A stretch of DNA of 64,000 bases. Origin: an uncultured Acidobacteriota bacterium. Lineage in GTDB: Bacteria; Acidobacteriota; Thermoanaerobaculia; UBA5066. Location: contig CAVZYA010000002.1 in NCBI GenBank assembly GCA_963779415.1, positions 576,001-640,000 on the forward strand, given 5' to 3'. The notes below the pieces were generated by a model, which worked only from the letters and a program-made list of their open reading frames with translations, did not search any database and was not told the origin of the DNA. Positions 29,196 through 39,310 of this stretch are shown here, one piece after another; positions within the stretch are counted from its first letter, which is position 1, and each line of letters begins with the position of its first letter. Made by a program: the position numbers and the translations under genes.

Positions 29196-31255
29196 TCACG
29201 GCCGGAGCGAGAGATGGCGGATGAAGATGCGGGCCATCAGGTCGCTCGCGCCCTTCGGATATTTCCGCGAGAACTTCAGAAGCCGCTGCGCCTCGCGGTC
29301 GGACGGCCGGATCCTGACGGCGTCCTGGAGCGCCTCGGTGGCCCGCGCGTTGTTGCCCGACTGGAGGGCCTGGATGCCGGAGTTGACGTAGGAGTTCAGG
29401 AGGTACTCCTCCACGTCCTGGTTCTTCGCGTCCGAGCGGCGCAGCTCCCAGAGCAGCTTGATGGCGCTTTCGTAATCCCCCTCGGAGTACGACTTGGCGG
29501 CGGCTCGAAGGCCGTCCACCGCCTCGCGCGCGCGGAGAAGAGCCTGGGCAGCCTCGGTGTCCTCGGGATTCGCCTTGACGACGGGATCGAGCGCCTTGAA
29601 GGCGTCGATGTAGCGGCTCGCCTTCATCGCCGCGAGCCCCTGAACACGGAGCTGCTCGAGGCTGGCCGTGCTCGCCGCGGTCGGCGCCGGGGGCGGCGCG
29701 CCGGCATTCCGGTACTGGTCGATCTTCGCGAGCGCCTCGTTGCGCCGCGGGTCGTTGTCCGGGACGGCGAGGAGGATCTGGATCGCCGCGTCCACCTTTC
29801 CCTGGGAGAAAAGCGCCTGCGCTCGGGAGAAAGGATCCTCACCGGCCGGCTTCGGCCGTGCCGTGGCGGGACCGGGCGCCGGGGCGGTCGCGGTCCCTCC
29901 CTTCGGCTCGGCCGGCGCCGGCGCCTGGGCCGGCGCCCTCGAAGGCAGCTTCCCGCGGAAGAGCCACCAGGCCCCCCCCGCGACCGCGACGAGAACGACG
30001 AGCCCCACCGGGAGCAGAACGCGCAGGTCGAGACGGGCCGGTGCGCGCCGCTTCGACGGAGAGAGGACCGCTCTCTTTTCCGAGGGGGGGGCGCGTCGTC
30101 CGGAACGACGACGGCGAGCGTCCGGCTCGGGTCGAGGGGTTCGTTGTCGTCGGCGAACGAGGGGGTGACCGGGGCCTCGATCTCGGTCCGGAGGAACTCG
30201 GAGTCTCCGCCGGCCCCGTCGCGCGCCCCCGGCGCCGCGAGCGCCGCGTCGATCTGGTTCAGATACGACCGGGCGGTGGCGTCGTGCTCGGAGATCGCGA
30301 GGACCTCGAGGAACTTCGCCCGCGCGGCCGACAGATTCCCCGCGTCGTAGAGCTGCGTCCCGTCGGCGAGAAGAACGTCCACCTTCCGCGCGGAGTCGGC
30401 GAGCATCTCGCGCGCCTGGTCGATCCGGCCCGAGGCCTCCTGGTTCGAGAGGTCGATCAGGAAGACGCGGCTCCAGAGGTCGATCGCTTCCTGCGGGTTT
30501 CCACGCGCCATGGATTCGTCGCCCTGCTTGAGAAACTGCGTGATCCGCGGATCGAGCGAGGTGATGGAAGGCGGAGCGGGCGCGGGGCGAGAAGGTGGCG
30601 GAGTCTCCACCGCCTGCCGGGGCGGGACCGCGGACGGGCCGCCGGACCCCGGACTCGTGTTGACGCTCATGTCGAGGTCTTCGAAAGCGGGGGCGGGTGA
30701 GGCGGCGGGCGGAGGGGCGATCCCCGATCCCATCGCGAATCCGGGCGAGGCTCCCGGGGAAGCCACGCCGGGCGCCTCGGAGAGACCGGCGAAGGAGATC
30801 TCGGCGGCCGTCCCCGCTGCCGAAGCGGCCGGAGGAGCGGGCGCCTTCGGGGCCGTGGGAGCCGGGGTGGGGGTGTGCGGCGCGAAATCGTCGAAGACGA
30901 GGTCTTCGAGCCCGCCGCCTGCCGGGGGACGGATCGCGGAGCGCGAGGCCGTGGAGGTGCTCTCCACGTCGAAGGGATCGGTTGCGGGGGGCGGGGCCGC
31001 CTCGACCGGCGGCGCCTCGAGGTAGAAGGCGAACGGGGCGACGTCGATCTTCTGTCCGGCCGGAACCCCCCGCAGGCTCGCGAGGAGACGGTGCGCCGGC
31101 GTGAAGCGGGAGTCCATCTTGAGGATGAAGTCGCAGCCGAGCAGCGCTTCCTCGTTCCGGCCGTCGCGGACGAGCTGGAGCGTGTGCTGGAAGGTCTGAA
31201 GGACCTTCCCACGGGCCTCCGGCGCGAGGGCGGCGCTTCCCTCGTACGGGTTCAT
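29196..31255 (-). CDS. bitopic TPR protein (TPR, Pro/Ala linker, TPR, TM, periplasmic TPR); frameshift at the G8 tract 30084-30091
   Basis: ORFs 29624..31603 and 29196..30008 join in frame if the tract is G9; TPR-like helices flank TM VLLPVGLVVLVAVAGGAWW. Confidence 0.75.
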
Positions 31256-31301
31256 CGGCGGAATGCTAGCAGGGTACGATCCGTTGGAAACGGAATCGAT
31301 G

Positions 31302-32225
31302 ATGAAAAGCCTGATCGAATGCATCCCCAACGTGAGCGAGGGACGGCGCCCCGAGGTCGTCGCGGCGCTCGCGGACGCGGCGACCCGGGCGGGGAAAGGG
31401 GTCCTTCTTCTCGACCGGACCTCCGACGCCGACCACAACCGCTCCGTCTTCACCTTCCTCGGCGACGGCCCCGGGCTTCTCGACGCCATGACGGCTCTCG
31501 TGGAAAGGGCTCTCTCCGCGATCGATCTCCGGACGCATCGCGGGGCCCACCCGCGGATCGGCGCCGTGGACGTCATCCCCTTCGTGCCGATCCGGGGGGC
31601 CACGTCGGCCGACTGCGTCGCGCTCGCCCGCGAGCTCGGGGCGCGTCTGGCGTCGACGTTTTCTCTCCCGATTTACCTCTACGAGGACGCCGCCTCGTCG
31701 CCCGAGCGGCAGAACCTCGCGAACATCCGGAAGGGGGAGTTCGAGGGGCTCGCGGAGAGGATGAAGAGCCCCGCCTGGAAGCCCGATTTCGGCCCGTCGT
31801 CGCCTCACCCGGGCGGCGGCGCGACCGTCGTCGGTGCCCGGGCACCGCTCATCGCCTACAACATCAATCTCGGAACGGCGGACCTCGCGGTCGCCGACCG
31901 GATCGCGAAGGCGATTCGCCATCTTTCCGGCGGCTATCGGTACGTGAAAGCCATGGCGGTGAAGCTCGAGGCGCGCGGGCAGGTCCAGGTCTCGATCAAC
32001 ATGACGAACTACGAGAAGACGCCGCTCCACCGGGTCTTCGAGACCGTCCGGTCGGAGGCCGAGCGCCACGGCGTCGCGGTCGTCGGGTCCGAGATCGTCG
32101 GGCTCGTCCCGAACGCGGCGCTTCTCGCGGCCGCGTCGCACGCTCTGCGCCTCGAGGCCGATCCGGGCCCCCAGGTCCTCGAGAACAAGCTCCTCGACCT
32201 CGCCTTCTCCGAAAAGGGGGAGTGA
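31302..32225 (+). CDS. ftcD: glutamate formiminotransferase (stand-alone)
   Basis: ECIPNVSEGR, DADHNRSV, HPRIGAVDVIPFVP, GARAPLIAYN, QVSINM, SEIVGLVP. Confidence 0.93.
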   Translation: MKSLIECIPNVSEGRRPEVVAALADAATRAGKGVLLLDRTSDADHNRSVFTFLGDGPGLLDAMTALVERALSAIDLRTHRGAHPRIGAVDVIPFVPIRGATSADCVALARELGARLASTFSLPIYLYEDAASSPERQNLANIRKGEFEGLAERMKSPAWKPDFGPSSPHPGGGATVVGARAPLIAYNINLGTADLAVADRIAKAIRHLSGGYRYVKAMAVKLEARGQVQVSINMTNYEKTPLHRVFETVRSEAERHGVAVVGSEIVGLVPNAALLAAASHALRLEADPGPQVLENKLLDLAFSEKGE

Positions 32226-32247
32226 CCTCGGGCTGTCGCCGCGAAGC

Positions 32248-33648
32248 TCAGGGCCGCTCTTCCTTCGTGCTCTCGAGGCCCCACGACCGGAGGCGGCGGT
32301 GGAGCGTCGTCCGGTCGAGGCCCAGCCGTTCGGCGGCGCGAGAGACGTTTCCCTTCGTCTCGGCGAGGACCTTCTGGACGACCCGGCGCTCGAAGGCCTC
32401 CCGCGCCTCGGAAAGCGTCTGCCCGGGGCGAAGGGGCGCGCCGTCCCCCTCGCCGTCGCGGCGCGGAAGTCCGTCATCCTCGGGCGGGAGATTGCCGGCG
32501 TCGACCACCGATCCCGGCGTCATCAGGACGGCCCGCTCCACGAGGTTCTGCAGCTCGCGGACGTTTCCGGGCCAGCGTCGCGCGGCGAGTGCCTCGAGAG
32601 CCCCGGGGGTGAACGTCTTCGGGCGGCGTCCGCGACGCCGCGCGAGCTGCGCGGCGAAGTGGGTCACGAGGGCGGGGATGTCCTCCGGCCGCTCGGAGAG
32701 GGACGGAACCCGGAGCGGCACGACGGCGAGGCGGAAGTAGAGGTCCTCCCGGAACGTTCCGGCGCGGATCATGGCGGGGAGATCACGGTTCGTCGCCGCG
32801 ACGATCCTCACGTCGGTCGCGATCGTCCGGTCGCCGCCGACGGGGGTGATCTTCCCGTCCTGGATCGCCCGGAGGATCTTGGCCTGCGTCCGCGGCGACA
32901 TGTCCCCGATCTCGTCGAGGAAGAGCGTGCCGCCGTGCGCCTGCTCCCATTTTCCCTTCCGGTCGTCGTGCGCGCCGGTGAAGGAGCCCTTCACGTGGCC
33001 GAAAAGCTCGCTCTCGATCAGCTCCTCGGGAATGGCCGCGCCGTTCACCTCGACGAACGGTCCCGACGCCCGGGGCGAGGCCCGGTGAAGCGCGCGCGCC
33101 ACGAGCTCCTTCCCGACGCCGCTCCCTCCCGTGATCAGGACGCGCGCTTCGGAGGCTCCGGCGCGCCGGATCTCCTCGAGGAGGCGAGCCATCGCGGCGC
33201 CGTCTCCGAGGAGCGTCTCCTCCGTGGCGCCCCGCTCCTGCAGCGTCGCGAGCTCGCGCTTGAGAGCGTCCCGCTCCTGGAAGAGACGCCGCCGCTCGAG
33301 CGCTTTTTCGAGGGTCAGAAGGACGCGCTCGAGGGAGAGCGGCTTCTCGAGGAAGTCGTCGGCGCCCCGCTGGACGGCCTGGACCGCCGTCTCGACGGTC
33401 CCGTGGCCCGAGATCATCACGACCGGAAGACCCCGCCGCGCCGCGCGGATCCGGTCGAGGACGAGGAGCCCGTCGAGGTCGGGAAGCCAGACGTCGAGGA
33501 AGACCGCGTCGAAGGTGTCTCCCTCGAGTGCACGGGCAGCCGCCTGCTGTCCGAGGCCGACGGCCTCGACCTCGTACCCTTCGTCCTCGAGGATCTGGGA
33601 AAGGGTGCGCCGGATTCCCGGCTCGTCGTCGCAGACGAGGATCTTCAT
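32248..33648 (-). CDS. sigma54-dependent response regulator (NtrX/NtrC family)
   Basis: REC (VCDDE, LDVWLP, ISGHG), GGSGVGKE, ESELFGH.KGSFTGA, FLDEIG, WPGNVRELQN, Fis HTH. Confidence 0.93.
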   Translation of the reverse strand: MKILVCDDEPGIRRTLSQILEDEGYEVEAVGLGQQAAARALEGDTFDAVFLDVWLPDLDGLLVLDRIRAARRGLPVVMISGHGTVETAVQAVQRGADDFLEKPLSLERVLLTLEKALERRRLFQERDALKRELATLQERGATEETLLGDGAAMARLLEEIRRAGASEARVLITGGSGVGKELVARALHRASPRASGPFVEVNGAAIPEELIESELFGHVKGSFTGAHDDRKGKWEQAHGGTLFLDEIGDMSPRTQAKILRAIQDGKITPVGGDRTIATDVRIVAATNRDLPAMIRAGTFREDLYFRLAVVPLRVPSLSERPEDIPALVTHFAAQLARRRGRRPKTFTPGALEALAARRWPGNVRELQNLVERAVLMTPGSVVDAGNLPPEDDGLPRRDGEGDGAPLRPGQTLSEAREAFERRVVQKVLAETKGNVSRAAERLGLDRTTLHRRLRSWGLESTKEERP

Positions 33649-33652
33649 GGCG

Positions 33653-35822
33653 TCAGGCGGCCGGCCACTCGAGAACGAAACGGCAGCCGCGGGGGACATT
33701 CTCCTCTACGCGGACCCGGCCCGAGTGCTCGGCCGCGATCCGGGCCGTGATCGCGAGGCCGAGGCCGGAGCCGCGCTCCTTCGTCGAGAAGGTCGGGTCG
33801 AAGACGCGCTCCCGGTTCTCCGGCGGTATCCCAGGCCCGTCGTCCGCGACCGAAAGCTCCGCACGCCCCCGGACGACCCCCGCCTCGATCCGGATGCGAC
33901 CCTCCGGGTGGCGTCGCCGCCACCGCGTTGTCGACGAGGTTCACGAGGGCGCGCTTGATCTGCTCGGCGTCGGCCCGCACCTCCGGCAGCCCCTCCGGCA
34001 CCTCCGCGTCGACCGTCACGCCGGGCTTCAGGTCGCCGTAGAGCTTCACGACCTGGGCGACGACGGCCGAGAGGTCGGTCGGGGCGAGGGTCGCGGCGGG
34101 AAGCCGGGCGAACCGGCCGAACGAGTCGACCAGCCCCGAGAGGGTGCCGACCTCGTCCACGATCGTGGAGGCACCCTCCTCGACGATCGACTTCAGCTCG
34201 GCGGCTCCGGCGTCCGGCGACGTGCACGCGGCGGCGCGCCGGCGCATCCGCTCGGCCGCGAGGCGGATCGGCGTGAGCGGGTTCCGGATCTCGTGCGCCA
34301 TCTTTCGCGCCGCCTCCTCCCATGCCGCGGCGCGCTCCGCGCGAACGAGGGCCGTCGTGTCCTCGAGCGTGACGACCCACGAGGCCGGCTCGTCGGGCTT
34401 GGCCGGGACCCTCGCCACGCGGGCGTCGAGAACCCGGCCGGAGAGGGTGAAGGTCGCCTCGCGCGCCCCCCGCTCGCCCCGCGCGCGGGCGAGGAAGCGG
34501 GCCAGCGGCGCGAGGATGGGGGCGGCGAGGAGGGAGTCGAGCGACGGCTCGTCGGCGGCGCCGGGCGACTCGAGGAGGCGCCGCGCGGTGTCGTTGATCG
34601 CCAGGAGGGTCCCGTCCTCCGCGAAGGCGAGGACGCCGGCCTCGAGGTGGGCGAGGATCGTCGCGACGCGCCTCCGCTCGCCGTCGAGACGGCGGTTCGA
34701 GGTCGAAAGCTCATCGTTCGCGCGGACGAGCTGTCCGCGGCTCTCGCCCAGCTCCGTCGTCATCGCGTTGAAGGCTCCGGAGAGCGCCGCGATCTCGTCC
34801 CCCCCTTCCACTTCGACGCGGGCGCCGAAGTCTCCGGCCCCGACGCGCCGGGCCGACGCCGCGAGAGCCGCGATCGGGCGCGTGACGCGCCGGGCGAGGA
34901 CGAGGCCGACCCAGACCGCCGCGAGAAGGACGAGGAACGCGAGGAGGAGAAAGAGGAGAACCTGGATCGCGGCGAGCGAAGCCCTCTCGGCCGAGAGCAT
35001 CGCGTAGGCCGAGGTGGCCTCGGAGAGGCGTCGTACCGCCGTGGCATCCTCGGGAGGGAGATACGTCCCGACGAGGAGAAGCCCTCCCGGCACCGCGACG
35101 ATCGTCCGCCCCGTCCGCCCGCCGCCCGCCGTCTCCTCGACGCGGCGGGACGAGCCGAGTTCCCGGGCGTCCGCGAGCCATTCGGGATCCGGCTCCTTCA
35201 CGTCGCGCACCGGCCAGCGCGGCGCGCTCACGGCGACGGCGGGGCTCCCCGGCGGGGCGGCAGCGGGGCGCCACTCGATCAGGTCGACCCCGGAGTCCTC
35301 CCGCGCGGCGGCGAGGAGAGCGACGAGTTCGGAATTGGTCCGCGCCGCGGCGAGGCGTGGGGCGAGCCGCTCGGCCGTCCTCGCTTCGAGGCCGGCGGTC
35401 CGCTTCCGGAGAATCTCCACGACGTCCCGCCCGGAGCGGACGGTCTCTTCCACGGCGGGCGCGAACCACTGTTCGACGCTTCGCTGGAGGAGACCCGTCG
35501 TCGGGAGGAGGAGCAGGACGATCGGGAGGAGGGCGAGACCGACGTTCGTCGCCACGATCCGGACGCGGAACCGCGAGCCGAAGACGCCCCGCCGGGCCTC
35601 GAGGACCAGCCGGACGGCAGCCCGGACGAGGACGAAGAGGAGGACGAGAATGAGGATGACGACGATGTAGAAGAGGACGAAGAGGACGACGCGGTTCGTG
35701 GCGGCCGCCGGCGTCAGCGCCCGTGTCCGGAGGACGAGGGCATAGAGGCCCGCGAGGGCGGCGCCGAGGCTCAGGAAGACGGCCGCGAGGATCCGGTTGT
35801 CGCGGGACCAGCGAACGCTCAT
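33653..35822 (-). CDS. NtrY-like membrane sensor histidine kinase (HAMP, PAS, HisKA, HATPase); frameshift near 33900
   Basis: AWEEAARKMAHEIRNPLTPI, NLVDNA; after removing one G: ADDGPGI..FSTKERGSGLGL..FVLEWPAA*. Confidence 0.9.
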
Positions 35823-36394
35823 CGGGCGTCCTTCGGCGGCCAGTCGAAGATTCCGGAACGGACCCAGTCGGTCTCCACCGTCGTCGGAACGACGCCGAGC
35901 GCCACGCCGCGCGCATAGGCGCACTTGACGCGGACGACGAGCCGCTTGCCTTCGAGATGCGAGCCCATGATGAAGAGGGGGAGCCCGGGGACCTCCGAGA
36001 GGGCCGCGAGGGCGTCGGCCTTCGAGGCGACGACCTTCGACCCGAGGAGGCGCCCGTCCAGCCGGCGCTCCACGAGGAAGTCGCCCGAGACCGGGCGGAA
36101 GGTGGCGGTCACTTCGTACTGCCGCTCGTCCTTCAGGCCGTCCCACCAGAGGTTCCGGAAGGCGAAGAGGCGGACGCGCCAGAGGACGGTCGTGGCGAGC
36201 CCCGAGACGAGCCGCTCCTCGACGTCGCGCGGCAGGCCGGGAGAGAGCTTCGCCGAGACGTGCAGCTCGAGCCCGTTCACCCAGGTCGAGACGCCGGGGA
36301 GGTCCGTGGGGCCCTGCGGCTCGCCCCCCGTGGCGAATCCGGCCAGAGCGAGCGCGGTGGCGAAGAGGAGGGCGAAAAGGGGGCGCGCAGCCAC
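35819..36394 (-). CDS. DUF4390-like exported protein
   Basis: Signal peptide, ERLVSGL, RNLWWD; position immediately upstream of an NtrY-like kinase is typical. Confidence 0.7.
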   Translation of the reverse strand: MAARPLFALLFATALALAGFATGGEPQGPTDLPGVSTWVNGLELHVSAKLSPGLPRDVEERLVSGLATTVLWRVRLFAFRNLWWDGLKDERQYEVTATFRPVSGDFLVERRLDGRLLGSKVVASKADALAALSEVPGLPLFIMGSHLEGKRLVVRVKCAYARGVALGVVPTTVETDWVRSGIFDWPPKDAR

Positions 36395-36440
36395 GCCCCA
36401 CTTTAGCGCGCGGCGCGGCGGGGACGGGCTCCCCGAAGGG

Positions 36441-37331
36441 TCAGAGGCTGGCGGAGGCGCTCAAGGAGGCGCTCGCCGAGGTGGTTCCGCCGGTCGCGGC
36501 TGCCGAGAGCATCTCCTCGCGAAGACGCCGCGCGAGCGCGGCATGGAGGGCGTGTCCCGCCCGGTTCGCCACGACGTGGCCGAGGACGGGCCGCCCGACG
36601 AGGGCGAGGTCGCCGAGGAGGTCGAGGGCTTTGTGCCGGACGAACTCGTCCGGGAAACGGAGGTCGCCCCCTTCGACGCCCTCCTCGCCGACGACGATGC
36701 AGTTCTCGAGGCTCGCGCCTCGGGCGAGGCCGTGCGCCTTGAGGGTCTCGTACTCTGCGAGGAAACCGAACGTCCGGGCCGGGGCGAGATGCTGCGAGTA
36801 GCTCTCCGGCGTCACGACGACCGTGATCGACTGCCGGCCGATCGCGGGATGCGGGAAATCGATCGTATAGGTGACGCGGAGGTCGCGCGCAGGGCGGAAC
36901 TCGATCCGCTTTCCGCCCGGTCCCGTCACCGAGACCGTCGCCGCCGGCGTGAACGGGGGGAGAACGTCCCGCAGGCGGGAGAGGCCCCCCTCGTGAAGCG
37001 CCACGAGCCACGGGGCCGCGCTCCCGTCGAGGATCGGAAGCTCGGGTCCGTCCACCTCGACGAGGAGATCGTGGACCCCGGTCCCGACGAGCGCCGAAAG
37101 AAGGTGCTCCACGGTCCCGACCTCGCGCCCCGGCCTTCCCAGGGAGGTCGCATGGTCGAACCGGGCCGTCTCCTCGGCGACGGCGGGGATCACGGCCCCG
37201 ACGTCCGTCCGGAAGAAGACGATTCCCCGTCCGGACTCGGCGGGATGGAGGGTCACGTGGGCATGCCGGCCGGTGTGGAGTCCCACGCCCGTGACACGCA
37301 CCGGACGCGAAAGAGTGAAGCAACGGTCCAT
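36441..37331 (-). CDS. lpxC: UDP-3-O-acyl-N-acetylglucosamine deacetylase
   Basis: GVGLHTG, TVEHLLSAL, ELPILDGSA, APARTFGF, DEFVRHKALDLLGDL, AGHALH. Confidence 0.96.
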   Translation of the reverse strand: MDRCFTLSRPVRVTGVGLHTGRHAHVTLHPAESGRGIVFFRTDVGAVIPAVAEETARFDHATSLGRPGREVGTVEHLLSALVGTGVHDLLVEVDGPELPILDGSAAPWLVALHEGGLSRLRDVLPPFTPAATVSVTGPGGKRIEFRPARDLRVTYTIDFPHPAIGRQSITVVVTPESYSQHLAPARTFGFLAEYETLKAHGLARGASLENCIVVGEEGVEGGDLRFPDEFVRHKALDLLGDLALVGRPVLGHVVANRAGHALHAALARRLREEMLSAAATGGTTSASASLSASASL

Positions 37332-37346
37332 TGCGGCTCTGGTGAG

Positions 37347-37363
37347 AGCATGGGGAATGCCAG
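37347..37363 (-). promoter_or_regulatory. sigma54 (-24/-12) promoter for lpxC
   Basis: Minus strand CTGGCATTCCCCATGCT: GG-N10-GC spacing, 15 nt upstream of ATG 37331. Confidence 0.7.
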
Positions 37364-37425
37364 CGTCGGGAGCCCGGAATTCAGGGACATCTGAAGGGGT
37401 TGGGACGGGATTTCGGGCGCGAGGC

Positions 37426-37441
37426 GTGGCGGAACCGCCAC
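37426..37441. promoter_or_regulatory. palindrome, candidate enhancer-binding-protein site
   Basis: GTGGCGG-AA-CCGCCAC about 65-80 bp upstream of the sigma54 motif. Confidence 0.5.
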
Positions 37442-37531
37442 AGTCTGACGCAGGTCGTCCACAGGCGGGGAGGTGACGCGGGAGAGACCTTCGCCCGGGC
37501 CGGCTGCTATCCTTTCGACAGGAAACGGGCC

Positions 37532-39310
37532 GTGCTTGCCCCCGAAGACGAAAAACCGTACGCGGACTTCCTGGCGGCGCTGCGGAAGCGCTGGCAACCT
37601 CTCAAGGCGGCCATCTACACGTACGACTCGAGCGGCCTTTTCCGACTGAAGTCGCAGTTCGGCTTTTCGCGTACCGACAAGCTTCTCGAACGATTCAGCC
37701 GGATGGACCCGCTCGCGACGCACGTCTACGAGCATCGCGAGCCCTTCTTCATCAACAGCCTGCGGCAGGCCGGGAAGCTCGTCGATCTCCTCGAAGGGGC
37801 GCAGACGACGAAGATCCTGACCGCGCCGATCTACCTCGACGGCCGGATCATCGGGATCCTCGACATCCGCGACAAGGGGGCCCGGCTCCCCTTCACGCAC
37901 GAGGACGTGCAGGAGCTGACGGACCTTCTCCGCCGCTTCATGGTCCTTCTGAAACGGCATCCGCAGTACCGGCCCGAAGGGATCACGGTGCAGGGGAACG
38001 AAGGGCGCGGCTTCACGCCGGCGCCGGACACCCCGGCCCTCAGGGGAGCCCCCGGGATCCTCCCGTACGGCGCGCGCGGGGGCGAGTCCGGGATCGTCTT
38101 CGAGACGGTCTCTCCGGATACCGGCGGCCCCCGCGGCGCGACCGAGGCGATGGAGCGGACGCCGAACCCTTCGCTCGCTTCTTCGGGCGAGATGCTCGCC
38201 CCGGCCGCCGGAACGTCCGCTCCCCAGTTGCTGCGCCTCATCGAGGAAACTCTCTCGCGGATCCCTTCCTCGAAGCCCCCGGTCCCGTCGGCGCCGGGAA
38301 CCCTCCCTTCCGAGGCCGACTTCTCGCACCTCTACCTCCAGACCTGTCTCTCGCTCACCGACGTCGAGGTGGCGGCCCTCTCCGTCTTCACCCCTTCTCG
38401 GCTCGACGTGACGTACGGCAGCCGGCGTCCGCTCGACACGGACCTGAAGCCCGCCCTCCTCGAGAATCTCGAGAAGGTGGCCGTCAAGCACGGCCCGGCG
38501 TTTCCCCTCCCGTCCGAAAGCACGTTCAAGTCGCTCGAGGTCGCGGCCGCGGATGTCGAGCCCGTCCGTCGTGCCGAGATCGCGGCGATCCAGTCGTCGG
38601 TTCTCGCGGCCTCTCCGGAAGGGATCGCCGTCTTCTCGCTCCTCTTCCGGCACGGCCCTGCCCCGGAATCGCGGGAGGCCCTCCGCGCCGCCCACGTCGT
38701 CCTCAAGAACGCCCTCTCGCAGATCCGGAACGAGACCCGCTTCCGGGAGGCTTACCGCGGACTCGTGAACAAGCTCATCGAGCCGGGACTCCGCCGCCGG
38801 ACGGCGCTGAAGACCCACTCCTTCAACGTCGGGAGGATGGCGCGGAAGTTCGCGTCGCACCTCGGCCTCCCGCCGTTCGAGGTGGAGCAGATCACCGTCG
38901 CCGCGATCCTCCACGACGTCGGGATGCGCGAGCTGAACTACGACGACCTCTACACGAAGCGATCCCTCACCGACGACGAGGTCCGCGTCATCCGGCAGCA
39001 CCCTCGCGTCGGCGCGCATCTCGTCGACGAGATCACCTGGCCCTACCCGGTCGCGCCGCTCGTCCGCCATCACCACGAGCGGTGGGATGGCGCGGGCTAC
39101 CCGGACGGCCTGAAGGGCGAGCGGATCCCCTTCGGCTCCCGCCTCATCCACATCTGCGAGGCCTACGACGCGATGACCTCCCCCTCCTCCTACCGCGCCG
39201 TCATCGGCGAGGGGCCGGCGCTCGACATCATCCAGTCGAAGTCCGGGACGCAGTTCGATCCGGATCTCGGGCCGCGCTTCCGGACGATGCTCCAGAGTTC
39301 GCCGGAATGA
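37532..39310 (+). CDS. GAF-like + HD-GYP domain protein (probable c-di-GMP phosphodiesterase)
   Basis: HSFNV, ILHDVG, IRQHPRVG, HHERWDGAGYPDGLKGERIP, EAYDAMTS; GTG start inferred. Confidence 0.88.
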   Translation: MLAPEDEKPYADFLAALRKRWQPLKAAIYTYDSSGLFRLKSQFGFSRTDKLLERFSRMDPLATHVYEHREPFFINSLRQAGKLVDLLEGAQTTKILTAPIYLDGRIIGILDIRDKGARLPFTHEDVQELTDLLRRFMVLLKRHPQYRPEGITVQGNEGRGFTPAPDTPALRGAPGILPYGARGGESGIVFETVSPDTGGPRGATEAMERTPNPSLASSGEMLAPAAGTSAPQLLRLIEETLSRIPSSKPPVPSAPGTLPSEADFSHLYLQTCLSLTDVEVAALSVFTPSRLDVTYGSRRPLDTDLKPALLENLEKVAVKHGPAFPLPSESTFKSLEVAAADVEPVRRAEIAAIQSSVLAASPEGIAVFSLLFRHGPAPESREALRAAHVVLKNALSQIRNETRFREAYRGLVNKLIEPGLRRRTALKTHSFNVGRMARKFASHLGLPPFEVEQITVAAILHDVGMRELNYDDLYTKRSLTDDEVRVIRQHPRVGAHLVDEITWPYPVAPLVRHHHERWDGAGYPDGLKGERIPFGSRLIHICEAYDAMTSPSSYRAVIGEGPALDIIQSKSGTQFDPDLGPRFRTMLQSSPE

